A DNA stretch of 54,512 nucleotides from a virus. Its lineage: Duplodnaviria > Caudoviricetes. The position numbers were made by a program, and so were the translations under genes. Under the pieces are notes generated by a model. That model was not told where the DNA came from. It was given only the letters and a program-made list of their open reading frames with translations, and made no database searches. Positions 9,697-19,348 of the stretch are shown here, in pieces (within the stretch, counting starts at the first letter, position 1; each line of letters opens with the position of its first letter). The stretch covers positions 1 to 54,512 of IMG/VR virus record IMGVR_UViG_3300021962_000134; one strand, 5' to 3'.

Positions 9697-11978
9697 TGGC
9701 AATACCATTACCAAAAGGTGCAGTCGGAGCAAGTGCGAGCAAACGCGCTGAATCAGAAAACGAAGAAGATCTGACACTTGACGAGCAGATTGAAGAAGGC
9801 ATTGAAGAATTCACCACAAACTTATCAGAGCTACCAGAGAATCTGCTCACAGTTAGTGATGACGGAGAGCTAGAGTTCCCGAATGTCCCTTCAGCAACCG
9901 AGATAAATTCTGTTGGATTTTTCGAGAGCCTTATACCTAACATTGAAGGTATGTTTGTGAGAGATGATTTCGGCAAAGCTGAAATTATAGAAAAAGCGTT
10001 CAAAGGTGATAAAAGGTTTGGTGGTATTTATAAAGATAAATACGCAAACCCGATGTTGGTCTGGGAAGGTGCTCCGTATTACGTTAATAAGCCAGGATTC
10101 GGGTTGCCAGATTTGGGAACTTTCACCGGAGAGATAATTAAATACCTACCAGCTACTAAATTCGTTGCTGGGGCAAAAAACATAGCACAAACTATCGCTA
10201 GGGGTTTACCGACTTACAGCGCAACAGAAACAGCAGGACAAGCACTTGAGTCTGTACTCACTCCAGAAACCACAAGGGCAAAAAGTAAAACAGCAGGCGA
10301 CATTGCAAAAGAATCAGCAACCGCAGGTGTTGTTGGAACTGGGGTTGACGTTTTGTTGCCACCAGTTGCAAAGCCAATAGTCCAAGGTGTTAAAGCCGTA
10401 ACCAGAGAAGGTGCAAAACAGGCTCGTAAAGTTTTCCCAGATTTTATACCGGAGAAAGTTCTGAGCAAAGCTGTACTTCAAAAATCCAAATACCCATTGA
10501 CACAAGGTCAGCGCACTGCCCCGTTGCCTGAGCGTGGACCAACAGAGAAAGTTACTGCACAACTTGAGCAAGAAGATATTTTACGTCATGCACCTTCAAC
10601 CGATGAAGCAGGTTCGCTAATAATCCGTGGCTTTGACGAGAAACAGCTCGATCAGATTAGAGCAGATGCAACCGAACTACAAGAAGAGTTTGGTTCTGGG
10701 ACTATGTCTGGTTTACGAAGTGTAGAAATTCCACCTGCTGCAGCCGAATCAATACAGAACATAGGCGTTGCACAATCTCAGGCTCTTAAAGAAAGAGCCA
10801 AGTTGGCTTACCAAACTGTTAAAGAAGCAGACATGCAACCTATAATGACGCGGGAAGGCATATTACAGACTTCCAAAAACATTATAGATATGATAACAAA
10901 AGGTGGCGACGAAGGCTTGGGTATAACTGCTCGTGAACTTGCAGACATGCCTTTGTTACGCAGAGAGCTAGAATATCTTAAGAAGATAAGCAAAATCGCC
11001 GGTAACACACGCTTCAAAGGTCAACCGCTCAGAGTTCTTCACGGATACCAGAAATCTCTTAACAGAGCTGCACGTTCCGCACAACAAGGCTCTCCAGAAG
11101 CAATGGCATTGAACCGTATTAAAGGTATGGTGGACAGCGCGATCTTTGATGGAATTGAAAAAGGAATTATGGCTGGGGATGAAGCAATCCTTCAGGAACT
11201 CAAGTCTGCAACAGAGCTTTACAAACAATACATGAATCTGATAGGAAAAGGTGGTGGGAAAGATACGCAGGAAAAAGCAGCAAACAGGATACTACAAATG
11301 ATCACGAATCCTAACTCCACTCCACCCCAGATTGTTAATGCTTTGTTCGGTCATGCAAAGTTTAATCCAAACCAGTCAATGATTCTGGTCATAGACAAAT
11401 TAAAGAACAATCTTCCAGACGGAACTGCGGAAGAAGTTATGGCTTTGCTGAAAGATGGGATACTTGAAAAAGCATTTTCTGGTTCTGGCAAGTCCGGACT
11501 CACAAGAACTAACATTGTTAATAATTATGACGACATTTTTATTAAGAACAGAAAGATTATTGAAGCCATATTCACTCCTCAGGAAATAAAACAAATTCAG
11601 GCTTTCCGCCAGAATGTTCTCCCGACACTTTGGGCCGAGATTAAATTGAACCCTCCTGGGACTGGTTACATTACTCTTTCAGGTATGGCACATAAAGGTT
11701 TGTTGAAATATGCTCAGTTAGTCCCGATAGTTGGCACCGGCACTATTCCTGCTATTCAACAGATAAGATCATCTTCAATTGCTATGGACGCAATCCGGCA
11801 GCAAGTCAACAGGATGAACAGACCTCTGTTCTCTGGCGCGATACAAGCAACGGTGCGTCCAGAAACCGTAGAGACAATGAGCAGACCTTATAATTCCAGA
11901 ACTCTTAAAGATATAGTGAACGATGCGCCACCTTCCTTGCTCAGAAAGCTGGAAGAGAGTGCTACGCTTCTTCCGTAA
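9696..11978 (+). CDS. Large internal virion/DNA transfer protein (P22 gp16-like)
   Basis: 760 aa, YYVNKPGF and PLTQGQRT motifs; last gene of the virion arm. Confidence 0.55.
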   Translation: MAIPLPKGAVGASASKRAESENEEDLTLDEQIEEGIEEFTTNLSELPENLLTVSDDGELEFPNVPSATEINSVGFFESLIPNIEGMFVRDDFGKAEIIEKAFKGDKRFGGIYKDKYANPMLVWEGAPYYVNKPGFGLPDLGTFTGEIIKYLPATKFVAGAKNIAQTIARGLPTYSATETAGQALESVLTPETTRAKSKTAGDIAKESATAGVVGTGVDVLLPPVAKPIVQGVKAVTREGAKQARKVFPDFIPEKVLSKAVLQKSKYPLTQGQRTAPLPERGPTEKVTAQLEQEDILRHAPSTDEAGSLIIRGFDEKQLDQIRADATELQEEFGSGTMSGLRSVEIPPAAAESIQNIGVAQSQALKERAKLAYQTVKEADMQPIMTREGILQTSKNIIDMITKGGDEGLGITARELADMPLLRRELEYLKKISKIAGNTRFKGQPLRVLHGYQKSLNRAARSAQQGSPEAMALNRIKGMVDSAIFDGIEKGIMAGDEAILQELKSATELYKQYMNLIGKGGGKDTQEKAANRILQMITNPNSTPPQIVNALFGHAKFNPNQSMILVIDKLKNNLPDGTAEEVMALLKDGILEKAFSGSGKSGLTRTNIVNNYDDIFIKNRKIIEAIFTPQEIKQIQAFRQNVLPTLWAEIKLNPPGTGYITLSGMAHKGLLKYAQLVPIVGTGTIPAIQQIRSSSIAMDAIRQQVNRMNRPLFSGAIQATVRPETVETMSRPYNSRTLKDIVNDAPPSLLRKLEESATLLP

Positions 11979-12378
11979 TTATATCAGCGAGCTTTGCCCA
12001 GTCGCCTTGGTCCATTCTTCCGAACTTTTTAAACACTAGGCAGTCAAGGAACTCTGGAACGGTGATTTTCTCGTAAACCTTACGAGCATCACTGCCTTTA
12101 ATCATGCCGACAAAGTCTTTGCCGATTCTGATCAATATCCAGCATCTGCCTTTCAGCTCGTCGTATTCGTTTAACCAGAAAGACTGATTCAGCCTTAACC
12201 CGACGCAGATCTTGCTCTTTGGCCAGTCGTCGAGGTATTTAAGTTCTATCCAGCCAGATTTGCCGTTGCGGATATAATGAACATCGGGCATCCCCTCAGA
12301 GACTCGATTCTCGACGCGGTACATTTTAACATCTGGTAAAGAACTCCGTACATAATTCCAAAAGTTACGTTCACTCAT
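11962..12378 (-). CDS. PD-(D/E)XK nuclease (VRR-NUC / resolvase-like)
   Basis: SE..FW, RVEN....GMPD, WIELK, Q..WL motifs; adjacent to the SNF2 helicase. Confidence 0.85.
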   Translation of the reverse strand: MSERNFWNYVRSSLPDVKMYRVENRVSEGMPDVHYIRNGKSGWIELKYLDDWPKSKICVGLRLNQSFWLNEYDELKGRCWILIRIGKDFVGMIKGSDARKVYEKITVPEFLDCLVFKKFGRMDQGDWAKLADIITEEA

Positions 12379-14062
12379 CGTCCATTAAAAACAGGGATAT
12401 CGGGTCTTTGGTGATAACATCGGCTAGGTTCTTTTTGCTACGCAGAGCTTTGATGATTTTCGTGTCTACGGTTTTGGGTGCTTCTAGGTCAATGTAGGTT
12501 ACATTGTTCTTGGTACCGATACGGTGACATCGATCCTCAGACTGAAGCCGAGTCTCTAGGTCAAAGCTGTTAGAGTAATAAACCGCATAATCTGCCGCAG
12601 TCAGCGTTAAACCAATTCCACCAGATTGCGGTTGTCCTACAAAATACCGTATTTTTGGATCGTTCTGAAAACGCTCTACGGCGTCCGCTCTGGCGTCGTT
12701 GGACACTTCTCCATGGTAAGCAACAGCCAAACTCCCTAGCGCATGCTCTATAGCCTTTAAATCGGCTTTAAATCGTGCCCATATAATCACCTTTGAGTCA
12801 ATGTCACTTAAAATCTCCAAAAGAGCGTTTAATCTTGGGTTTTTATCCTCAATTGGTTTTACCTCAGTTTCTGTCGGGAACCACCCGCAGACAATCTGTT
12901 GTAAACGCAAAAGCCGAGTTATTGTCGCAGGAGCATCAATCTGCTCACCCTCGAGTTCTGCAATGTAGGTTTTGCGCATTTGGTCGTAGAGTTTGCGTTG
13001 TTTTTCCGATAACTCCACTGGGTAACGCTGATATATTTTATCTGGCAGGTCTAAGCAGTCTTTTTTAAGAACTCGGAAGGAATGCCCCTCGATGTTCTTG
13101 GTCAGCTCGTCCACATTCTGATAAGCCACAATCTGCTTGTTCTCAAAACCACCCATGATGCAATATCTGGCTTTAAAACTGTAAAAGCTGTCGTAGCCCA
13201 ATATCTGCGGATCCAAAAACTTAAACTGGCTGTAAATGTCCTCTGGTCCTTTTGTGACAGGGGTTCCGGTCATGATCCGGCGGTATTTACATAGGTTAGA
13301 CAACTTGGTGATGACTTTTGTGCGCTGTGCTCCTGGACGTTTAATTCTTGAGCTTTCGTCCACAACGAGCAGAACCTGATTGGCTAGCATTATTTTATTG
13401 ATCAGATTAACAGCATTTTTGCTCACAAACGCTTCAACATTGAAAGTGAACACTTTCATTTTATCGTGTGTGTTCATTACCTCTTCAAAACGCTCGGTGT
13501 CTTTTTTCTTCATCCCTGAGTAATAATACACAGACTCGTACGGACACCAATCCGGCAAGTGCTCCGGTATCTCTTTCCGGATCCAGTTCCGGTGAACCCC
13601 GTTGGGTGCGATTACAACCATGCAATTAATCTTGCCAGCCCCATACAAATATGCGGCATTGTCAATGATCACTTTTGTTTTACCAGTTCCTTGCTCCATC
13701 AACAACGCAAATGTCTCGCTGTCTCGGCTCATGTAAAAGGCTTTACGCTGGTGGTCGAAGGGCTTGGTCTTAAATTTAAAGTCGTCCTTTTCTGGCAAAG
13801 GTGCAGTTTTCCGTTCTCGGATCTCTTCGGTACTTTTTAGCTTTGTAATGTATTCATCCAGTATATGGGAAACAGAAGCATCCCATTTTGCTTCTGGCCA
13901 GAACTTACGGATATGATCTATGTTTGCTCCGGTTGCGGCAAACATTAACTCTCTGCCAACCCATTTTTTGAATCCTGGAAGCGCAGAGAGCCTTTGAACA
14001 GTTTCGGAATTAAGCGGTGTTTTTGCTAAACAATAATTTCTGCTAGCTTTTGTTATGAGCAT
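12371..14062 (-). CDS. SNF2-family SF2 helicase
   Basis: MEQGTGKT, VVDESS, MTGTP, GIGLTL, QSEDRCHRIG. Confidence 0.92.
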   Translation of the reverse strand: MLITKASRNYCLAKTPLNSETVQRLSALPGFKKWVGRELMFAATGANIDHIRKFWPEAKWDASVSHILDEYITKLKSTEEIRERKTAPLPEKDDFKFKTKPFDHQRKAFYMSRDSETFALLMEQGTGKTKVIIDNAAYLYGAGKINCMVVIAPNGVHRNWIRKEIPEHLPDWCPYESVYYYSGMKKKDTERFEEVMNTHDKMKVFTFNVEAFVSKNAVNLINKIMLANQVLLVVDESSRIKRPGAQRTKVITKLSNLCKYRRIMTGTPVTKGPEDIYSQFKFLDPQILGYDSFYSFKARYCIMGGFENKQIVAYQNVDELTKNIEGHSFRVLKKDCLDLPDKIYQRYPVELSEKQRKLYDQMRKTYIAELEGEQIDAPATITRLLRLQQIVCGWFPTETEVKPIEDKNPRLNALLEILSDIDSKVIIWARFKADLKAIEHALGSLAVAYHGEVSNDARADAVERFQNDPKIRYFVGQPQSGGIGLTLTAADYAVYYSNSFDLETRLQSEDRCHRIGTKNNVTYIDLEAPKTVDTKIIKALRSKKNLADVITKDPISLFLMDDE

Positions 14063-14259
14063 TAATGTACCAGTCGTATGTCTTCAAACGAGTGCTCCCA
14101 CTCTTGTGGCTCTTCAAAGCCGGATGTTACTTGGAGTTCCATTTGGTCGGCGATTTCTTTCTCGCTCGGCATATTGTCTGGGTCGCATTCGACCTCGACT
14201 AAAACATCGTAGTAAATCCGCTTGACCACAGTTCCGGTGAACTTATGAAGTTTTTTCAT
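14062..14259 (-). CDS. Hypothetical protein
   Basis: 65 aa, overlap-coupled to both neighbours. Confidence 0.65.
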   Translation of the reverse strand: MKKLHKFTGTVVKRIYYDVLVEVECDPDNMPSEKEIADQMELQVTSGFEEPQEWEHSFEDIRLVH

Positions 14260-15080
14260 GCTGCCTCCTTCATGACTTCAATTAACTTTGGTCTTTTGAG
14301 TATAGTTGATTTTTCTTCGTTGTAAATATCGTGTTTGGCGACAAGACCAGCAATCTTGATCTTGCCACCTTTGATAACATTTTGACGGAAATAAAATCCT
14401 GTTTCGTCTTTAACCTCTTCATCCAACCAGCTTGCATTGGTGAATGTTTTAACAACATTTCCATTTTCGTCAACCATGATCAGCATAGTTGATCCACCAA
14501 ACTTGGTGCTAACGTTCTTGCGCAAAACAACTTTAAGTTCGATCTCGATCTTCTCACCAACTGTGCCGACGAACTCTGAAGTCTTTTTCTCAACAACTGG
14601 CTTTGCAACTTTTTCTGGGATTGAAAGAACACCCTCTTCGCAAAGCTGTTGAACAGCAACCATAGTTAATTTAAAAGTAGGCTGTTTGATTCTGATATTG
14701 ACTTCTTCAGACTTTAACCATTGCATGTACTGAGGGTCTTTCTCGACGATTTCAGAAAAAGTTCTGCCACGATATTTACCGAAGTTAATGATCTGGTGCT
14801 CTTTAATGAAAGCTATAACACGATTGTTGAGTAACTCGTTATTTTTGTGAGCACGAAGATCAAAGTCAGCATACCCAGTCAACAAAGAACCAGTTCGGGA
14901 TGCATATTGTTCAGCCATCTCATCAGCTTTTTTAGGGTCTGTTGAAAGATTCTTAATGTATCTGTCGCTGAACATCCAACCATTATTTGGGTCGGTTGAA
15001 TAAATAACTTTTCTCAATGTGTAGAACCCAGTTAGCTCGCCTGTCCCGATGTAAACTTCACGCTTGATATGGTCTGTCAT
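14256..15080 (-). CDS. Hypothetical protein with an FGKY(R/K)G motif domain and a probable C-terminal OB fold
   Basis: FGKYRGRTFSEIVEKDPQYMQWL, then SEFVGTVGEKIE... beta-rich domain; has its own promoter and RBS. Confidence 0.7.
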   Translation of the reverse strand: MTDHIKREVYIGTGELTGFYTLRKVIYSTDPNNGWMFSDRYIKNLSTDPKKADEMAEQYASRTGSLLTGYADFDLRAHKNNELLNNRVIAFIKEHQIINFGKYRGRTFSEIVEKDPQYMQWLKSEEVNIRIKQPTFKLTMVAVQQLCEEGVLSIPEKVAKPVVEKKTSEFVGTVGEKIEIELKVVLRKNVSTKFGGSTMLIMVDENGNVVKTFTNASWLDEEVKDETGFYFRQNVIKGGKIKIAGLVAKHDIYNEEKSTILKRPKLIEVMKEAA

Positions 15081-15109
15081 TTTGCTTTCCTTTCTCAGTA
15101 TTTATAATA

Positions 15110-15138
15110 ATTATACTGTATTCCGCCACTTATTAAAA
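15110..15138 (-). promoter_or_regulatory. Sigma70-like promoter P1
   Basis: TTTTAA-N17-TATAAT, followed by a TGAGAAAGGA RBS. Confidence 0.6.
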
Positions 15139-15172
15139 CAAATTTCTTCATGTTTTAAAACAAAGGTTTACA

Positions 15173-15205
15173 GGGATATTTCCCCTCTTTTTGAGGGGAT
15201 TTCCC
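15173..15205. terminator. GC-rich hairpin after the 15207 gene
   Basis: TCCCCTC-TTTTT-GAGGGGA with a GGGA/TCCC extension; no clear U-tract on the minus strand. Confidence 0.4.
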
Positions 15206-15206
15206 A

Positions 15207-15653
15207 TCAGAATCTGGGTCTGCTCAGGATCGGGAAGAAGTATTTCACGAACCTGTTCTTGTGCTCAGACTCACTTATGTGTTTCCACTCCCCAGCTGTC
15301 CAGCTGTCGGTTATGCTGTTGTCCCTGCCGTCGACCAATACCCAGTGGTTCCCCACACAAACGATGTACAATTTATTGTCCATGTTCTCGCGCAGGTAGT
15401 GGTAGAGTTTTTTACGTTTTGTTGGGCGTTCGACTTTTCCAGAATCGACCCCGAACTGCTCCAGAACAGCTCGGCACTGCCAGTGTGAAGTTCCGGCAAC
15501 GTGGCGTTTGCCGGTGTGAGTGCGGAAAGCCTGATAAGAGGTCTCGTAGTCAATCTTGGCTACTGCTGCAACTACGTATGGTCCACACCAAGTTCTCCTA
15601 CGTGTTCCGTAACAGTCGAAAACTTCGCGTTTCTGTGGTGCTGGTTTTTCCAT
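15207..15653 (-). CDS. Putative papain-fold (C39-like) cysteine peptidase
   Basis: WCGP...YIVCVGNHWVLVDG...ITDSW gives Cys-His-Asp order; start at MEKPAP after the RBS. Confidence 0.5.
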   Translation of the reverse strand: MEKPAPQKREVFDCYGTRRRTWCGPYVVAAVAKIDYETSYQAFRTHTGKRHVAGTSHWQCRAVLEQFGVDSGKVERPTKRKKLYHYLRENMDNKLYIVCVGNHWVLVDGRDNSITDSWTAGEWKHISESEHKNRFVKYFFPILSRPRF

Positions 15654-15699
15654 CTTTTGTTCCTTTCTCAAAAATCGGGAAACATTTCCCAATACATTA

Positions 15700-15728
15700 A
15701 TTATACTTTTTTCTGCCAGAGAAAGCAA
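15700..15728 (-). promoter_or_regulatory. Sigma70-like promoter P2
   Basis: TTGCTT-N17-TATAAT. Confidence 0.75.
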
Positions 15729-15785
15729 CACTTTGCTTACAGCCCTTACGGTTATTAGGTTTTTAAATTCAATCACTTGTAAAAT

Positions 15786-18599
15786 TTATTCGAGCTTCCT
15801 CCACTTTTCAACATAAATCTTACGGAATCCAGCTCTTAAATTCCCTTTTATCAAGTACCAATCTCCAATGCGTCCATCCTCGACTATTTGTTTACCGATT
15901 TTACTGTACTTGAAACGGTCAATGGTCGCGATGATTGGACCAGTGTCATCCTCAAAAGTCATGTTCAGCCATAGATTGTTCGAATCAACCCGACGACCGC
16001 CACGCTTTGCGAGGTTGACGGTTTCGTTCATGTCTCGTAAGTTTTTCTCTTTCAGCTTACCGAAAAACACAAATGTTCCTGGAGTGTCTGCGTCGAGTTT
16101 TTCAATGTCAGTGATTTGTGTACGGATGTTGTACTTTTCCGGATCACGCTTTATGTGACCGAACTTGCGGTCGCACTCGAAAATATCGTCATATGGGGTT
16201 GTGCCCTCGTTCAGCAGTTTTTCCTGACGTGGTGTCAATGGTTGTTTGAGTTTTCTGCGCTCAACAATGTCCTCTGCCATTTTTGGACCAATGCCTTTAA
16301 TACCGCCCAGCCCACCAATCAGCTCTCCATCCTGCACAGACCAGTTTTGCTTCGACTTGAATTTATCAAACGGTTTATAGCCCAGACCCTCTTTCACCAC
16401 TTCACGTAAGAGACGAACCGCTTGCTCATCATCTTTAACGTTACGCAAACACGCAGCAGCAAACTCAAGAGGAAATCTAGACTTAAGAACACAGCACCAA
16501 TAAGATACAAGCCCATAAGCAATGGCATGAGAGCGATTAAAAGCCCAACTGCCCATAGTGTTGATATTATCCCAAATGCGCTGGGCTTGTTCCTCAGATA
16601 TTCCATTTTCAGCTGCACCAACTTTGAACCTTTCCCAGAATGTGTCAAAATATTCCTTTCCGTAAGATTTGGACATCGCTTTGCGCAAAGTCGAAACATC
16701 CTCCCATGACAACTTGCCAACATCGCGTGCAATCGTCATGACCTGTTCCTGATAAACAACAACCCCGTTGGTGACTTTTGTTATTTTTTCAGTTAATGGG
16801 TGCAAATACTCCACCGGAGCTTCACCAGTGTGACGTTTAATATACTCGGTTGTGCCTCCGGAGTTAAGTGGTCCAGGACGCGCCAAAGCTGTGATTGCGG
16901 CAATGTCCTCAAAGCTATGAACCTTCATTTGGTGAGTGACGGATTGTAGCGCATAGCCCTCGAACTGGAAAATGCCTGCGTACTTGGCAGTGTTTAAAAC
17001 TTCAAATGCAGCTTCATCCTGCAAAGGGTAATTGATCAGCTTGTCTCTGTCCCACCCTACTTGATCAAGCACATCCTGCAAAACAGAAAGTGTGCGCAAT
17101 CCGAGTGCATCAATCTTCAACAGATTAAGTTCTTCAGCATCTTTTTTATCAATCTGTGCTGCACCTGTCTGACCAGAAACAGAACAGTACTCACTCACTG
17201 GGTGCTCAGTTACAATAATCCCTGCGGCATGAACCCCGTTGTGCCGAGCGTGGTTTTCCATATCTGCGGCAACTTTCATCTGTGGGTATTTTTCCAGCAC
17301 AGCCCTGCCAACATCCAATTCATTAAATGTGTCCAGGATACAAAACGCGGCACGTGAATCTCCAGAGCTACGCTCTATAATTGCACCTTTCAAGTCGTTC
17401 ACTTCCCAAGACGGGATGCCGAGCTCTTTGGCAACTTCTGCGATTGTGCTCTTGGCTTTGTAACGGGAAACTGTCCCCAAGTGTGCAACTTTCTCTGCAC
17501 CGTATTTAGCTCGCAAATATTCAAATACCATTTCTCTTCGATCATCCTGAAAATCAATATCAATATCTGGCAAGTCCTCACGAGTGATATCGATGAAACG
17601 CTCAAACAACAAATCATGTTCAATTGGGTCAATGTCGGTTATGTCAATCAAATAACAAACCAGAGACCCAGCTGAAGAACCACGCGCTGGTCCGACCAAC
17701 ATATGTTGCTTTGCGTACTTGATCATATCCGCGATGACGTAAAAATAATCTTCAAAGTTTTTCTGCGCAATCATATCCAGCTCACGCTTGAGCCTTGCGG
17801 CATAAACCTCGTCGTCCAAATTTATATTTTTACGCTTTGCACCTTCCTCACACATTTGTAGCAAAGTCTTCTGGCTGTGGAAGGAAACCATCTGTGCGGT
17901 CGGTAGATTAACATCGCACATCTGTGCAATTTTGTAAGTATTCTCCAGTGCAATCTCAGGTGCCCAAGGGAGTGCATCTCTCCACTCCCATTCATTTAAA
18001 ACGTGCATCGGGGCAGTACGGTCTGTGCGGTTTTTACCAACCAGCACCTCGTACGCTTTTTTGTCTCTCACTGTTGGGTAAAAATTATCTGAAGTCGCCA
18101 CAACCTGAAAACCTTTTTTCTCTGCAAACTCCAGAGCCTTGCGTGAGCTCATTGGGTTCAGCTCTATGAAAAGGTTTTCTTTCTTTGTTAACGGTAACAA
18201 ACCCCAATCCGGTGTTGTTCCGCTCAGCATAATGATGTTTTCACTCACATCGAACAAATCATCGTACCCAAGCCGAGGATAATAATAAAAATGTTCTTTG
18301 TCAGTGCTCTTTGTCACCAGCTTGTAAATTTCTGTCAGCCCAGCATTGTTACGGGCGATGAAAGCCATCTCGTTGGCGGGTTGCTTGGAACGTTCTGTTG
18401 CATCTCCAACAACAGGAATCTCAACCCCGAACAGAGGCTTTTTGCCAGCAGATTTGCAAACCTTGCTAAAGTTTACATGACCCCAAGTGCCAGAATCACA
18501 TATCCCGATTGCATCTCCGCTGACAGATTCTACTATTTTATTAACCGAGCCGAACGCTTTACGGAAACAGTACTCAGTTCTGACTCGGATATTGATCAT
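15786..18599 (-). CDS. dnaE: DNA polymerase III alpha subunit (family C)
   Basis: GPARGSSAGSLV, LLFERF, PDIDIDF, HAAG, KIDALGL, GIFQFEG, YQEQ, FNRSHA; N-terminal PHP domain. Confidence 0.97.
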   Translation of the reverse strand: MINIRVRTEYCFRKAFGSVNKIVESVSGDAIGICDSGTWGHVNFSKVCKSAGKKPLFGVEIPVVGDATERSKQPANEMAFIARNNAGLTEIYKLVTKSTDKEHFYYYPRLGYDDLFDVSENIIMLSGTTPDWGLLPLTKKENLFIELNPMSSRKALEFAEKKGFQVVATSDNFYPTVRDKKAYEVLVGKNRTDRTAPMHVLNEWEWRDALPWAPEIALENTYKIAQMCDVNLPTAQMVSFHSQKTLLQMCEEGAKRKNINLDDEVYAARLKRELDMIAQKNFEDYFYVIADMIKYAKQHMLVGPARGSSAGSLVCYLIDITDIDPIEHDLLFERFIDITREDLPDIDIDFQDDRREMVFEYLRAKYGAEKVAHLGTVSRYKAKSTIAEVAKELGIPSWEVNDLKGAIIERSSGDSRAAFCILDTFNELDVGRAVLEKYPQMKVAADMENHARHNGVHAAGIIVTEHPVSEYCSVSGQTGAAQIDKKDAEELNLLKIDALGLRTLSVLQDVLDQVGWDRDKLINYPLQDEAAFEVLNTAKYAGIFQFEGYALQSVTHQMKVHSFEDIAAITALARPGPLNSGGTTEYIKRHTGEAPVEYLHPLTEKITKVTNGVVVYQEQVMTIARDVGKLSWEDVSTLRKAMSKSYGKEYFDTFWERFKVGAAENGISEEQAQRIWDNINTMGSWAFNRSHAIAYGLVSYWCCVLKSRFPLEFAAACLRNVKDDEQAVRLLREVVKEGLGYKPFDKFKSKQNWSVQDGELIGGLGGIKGIGPKMAEDIVERRKLKQPLTPRQEKLLNEGTTPYDDIFECDRKFGHIKRDPEKYNIRTQITDIEKLDADTPGTFVFFGKLKEKNLRDMNETVNLAKRGGRRVDSNNLWLNMTFEDDTGPIIATIDRFKYSKIGKQIVEDGRIGDWYLIKGNLRAGFRKIYVEKWRKLE

Positions 18600-18655
18600 G
18601 GGAAAAGTATAACCGCAACCAACACAGCTATAAAATTAATAACTATTGGATCCAT
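18596..18655 (-). CDS. 19-aa hydrophobic micro-ORF (MDPIVINFIAVLVAVILFP)
   Basis: TGATG overlap with the dnaQ stop and ATGA overlap with the dnaE start. Confidence 0.5.
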   Translation of the reverse strand: MDPIVINFIAVLVAVILFP

Positions 18656-19188
18656 CAGATGTGCCCTTCCTTTCTGTACCATTTTAAAATTTTCACTGTT
18701 GCTTCAACATCCGCAATCGAACGGTGTGCGCCAGTGTGCTCTTCCCCAGTAACCTCGAAATAAATATCTCCGAGTTTACGGAACTTGCCCCAAACAGACT
18801 TGCTTATTTCCATAGTGCAAATATGATCTGGTGGCCATGGGAACTTTGTAATCTTGTCTATCCTTTCTAGTTCGAACCGCAGTATTCTACGGTCGAAAGA
18901 TAAATTATGCGCCACGAGCTGACTTTCGCCAAGGAAAAAATCACACAATGTTTTGTAATTCCCTATGAAAGGTTTTTCATCCTTCAGCATTTCGTCGGTG
19001 ATGCCTGTGATCTTGGTGATCTGAGGATCTAACTCATGACCAGGATTGCAGAAAAACTCCAACCGAGCAACCTCGTTCAGATCTGCGTCGAGTTTCAATC
19101 CACCAAACTCGATGATCTTCGGTTGTATTTCTAGGTCAGAACCTTCTGCTTTTGGCAAGCCGGTCGTTTCCAAATCATACACTATCAT
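18655..19188 (-). CDS. dnaQ: DnaQ-like DEDDh 3'-5' exonuclease (Pol III epsilon-like)
   Basis: DLETTG, AHN..FD, H.S.AD; start at MIVYD after an AAGGA RBS. Confidence 0.92.
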   Translation of the reverse strand: MIVYDLETTGLPKAEGSDLEIQPKIIEFGGLKLDADLNEVARLEFFCNPGHELDPQITKITGITDEMLKDEKPFIGNYKTLCDFFLGESQLVAHNLSFDRRILRFELERIDKITKFPWPPDHICTMEISKSVWGKFRKLGDIYFEVTGEEHTGAHRSIADVEATVKILKWYRKEGHI

Positions 19189-19348
19189 CAGCAGTTTTCC
19201 TTTTGAAGCCAGATGGCTTTTTCTTGGCCAAACAAACATCACATCGCCAATGTCGTTGCCCGTTCTTCAACAATATTCTTTTGAATGCTGGACGAGTCCT
19301 ACAGCCTTGACAAGTTTTGCTGGTTTCGCCGTTAATTATTAATGTCAT
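19175..19348 (-). CDS. Small zinc-finger protein
   Basis: CQGC...RCDVC in a basic 57-aa ORF. Confidence 0.55.
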   Translation of the reverse strand: MTLIINGETSKTCQGCRTRPAFKRILLKNGQRHWRCDVCLAKKKPSGFKRKTADDSV

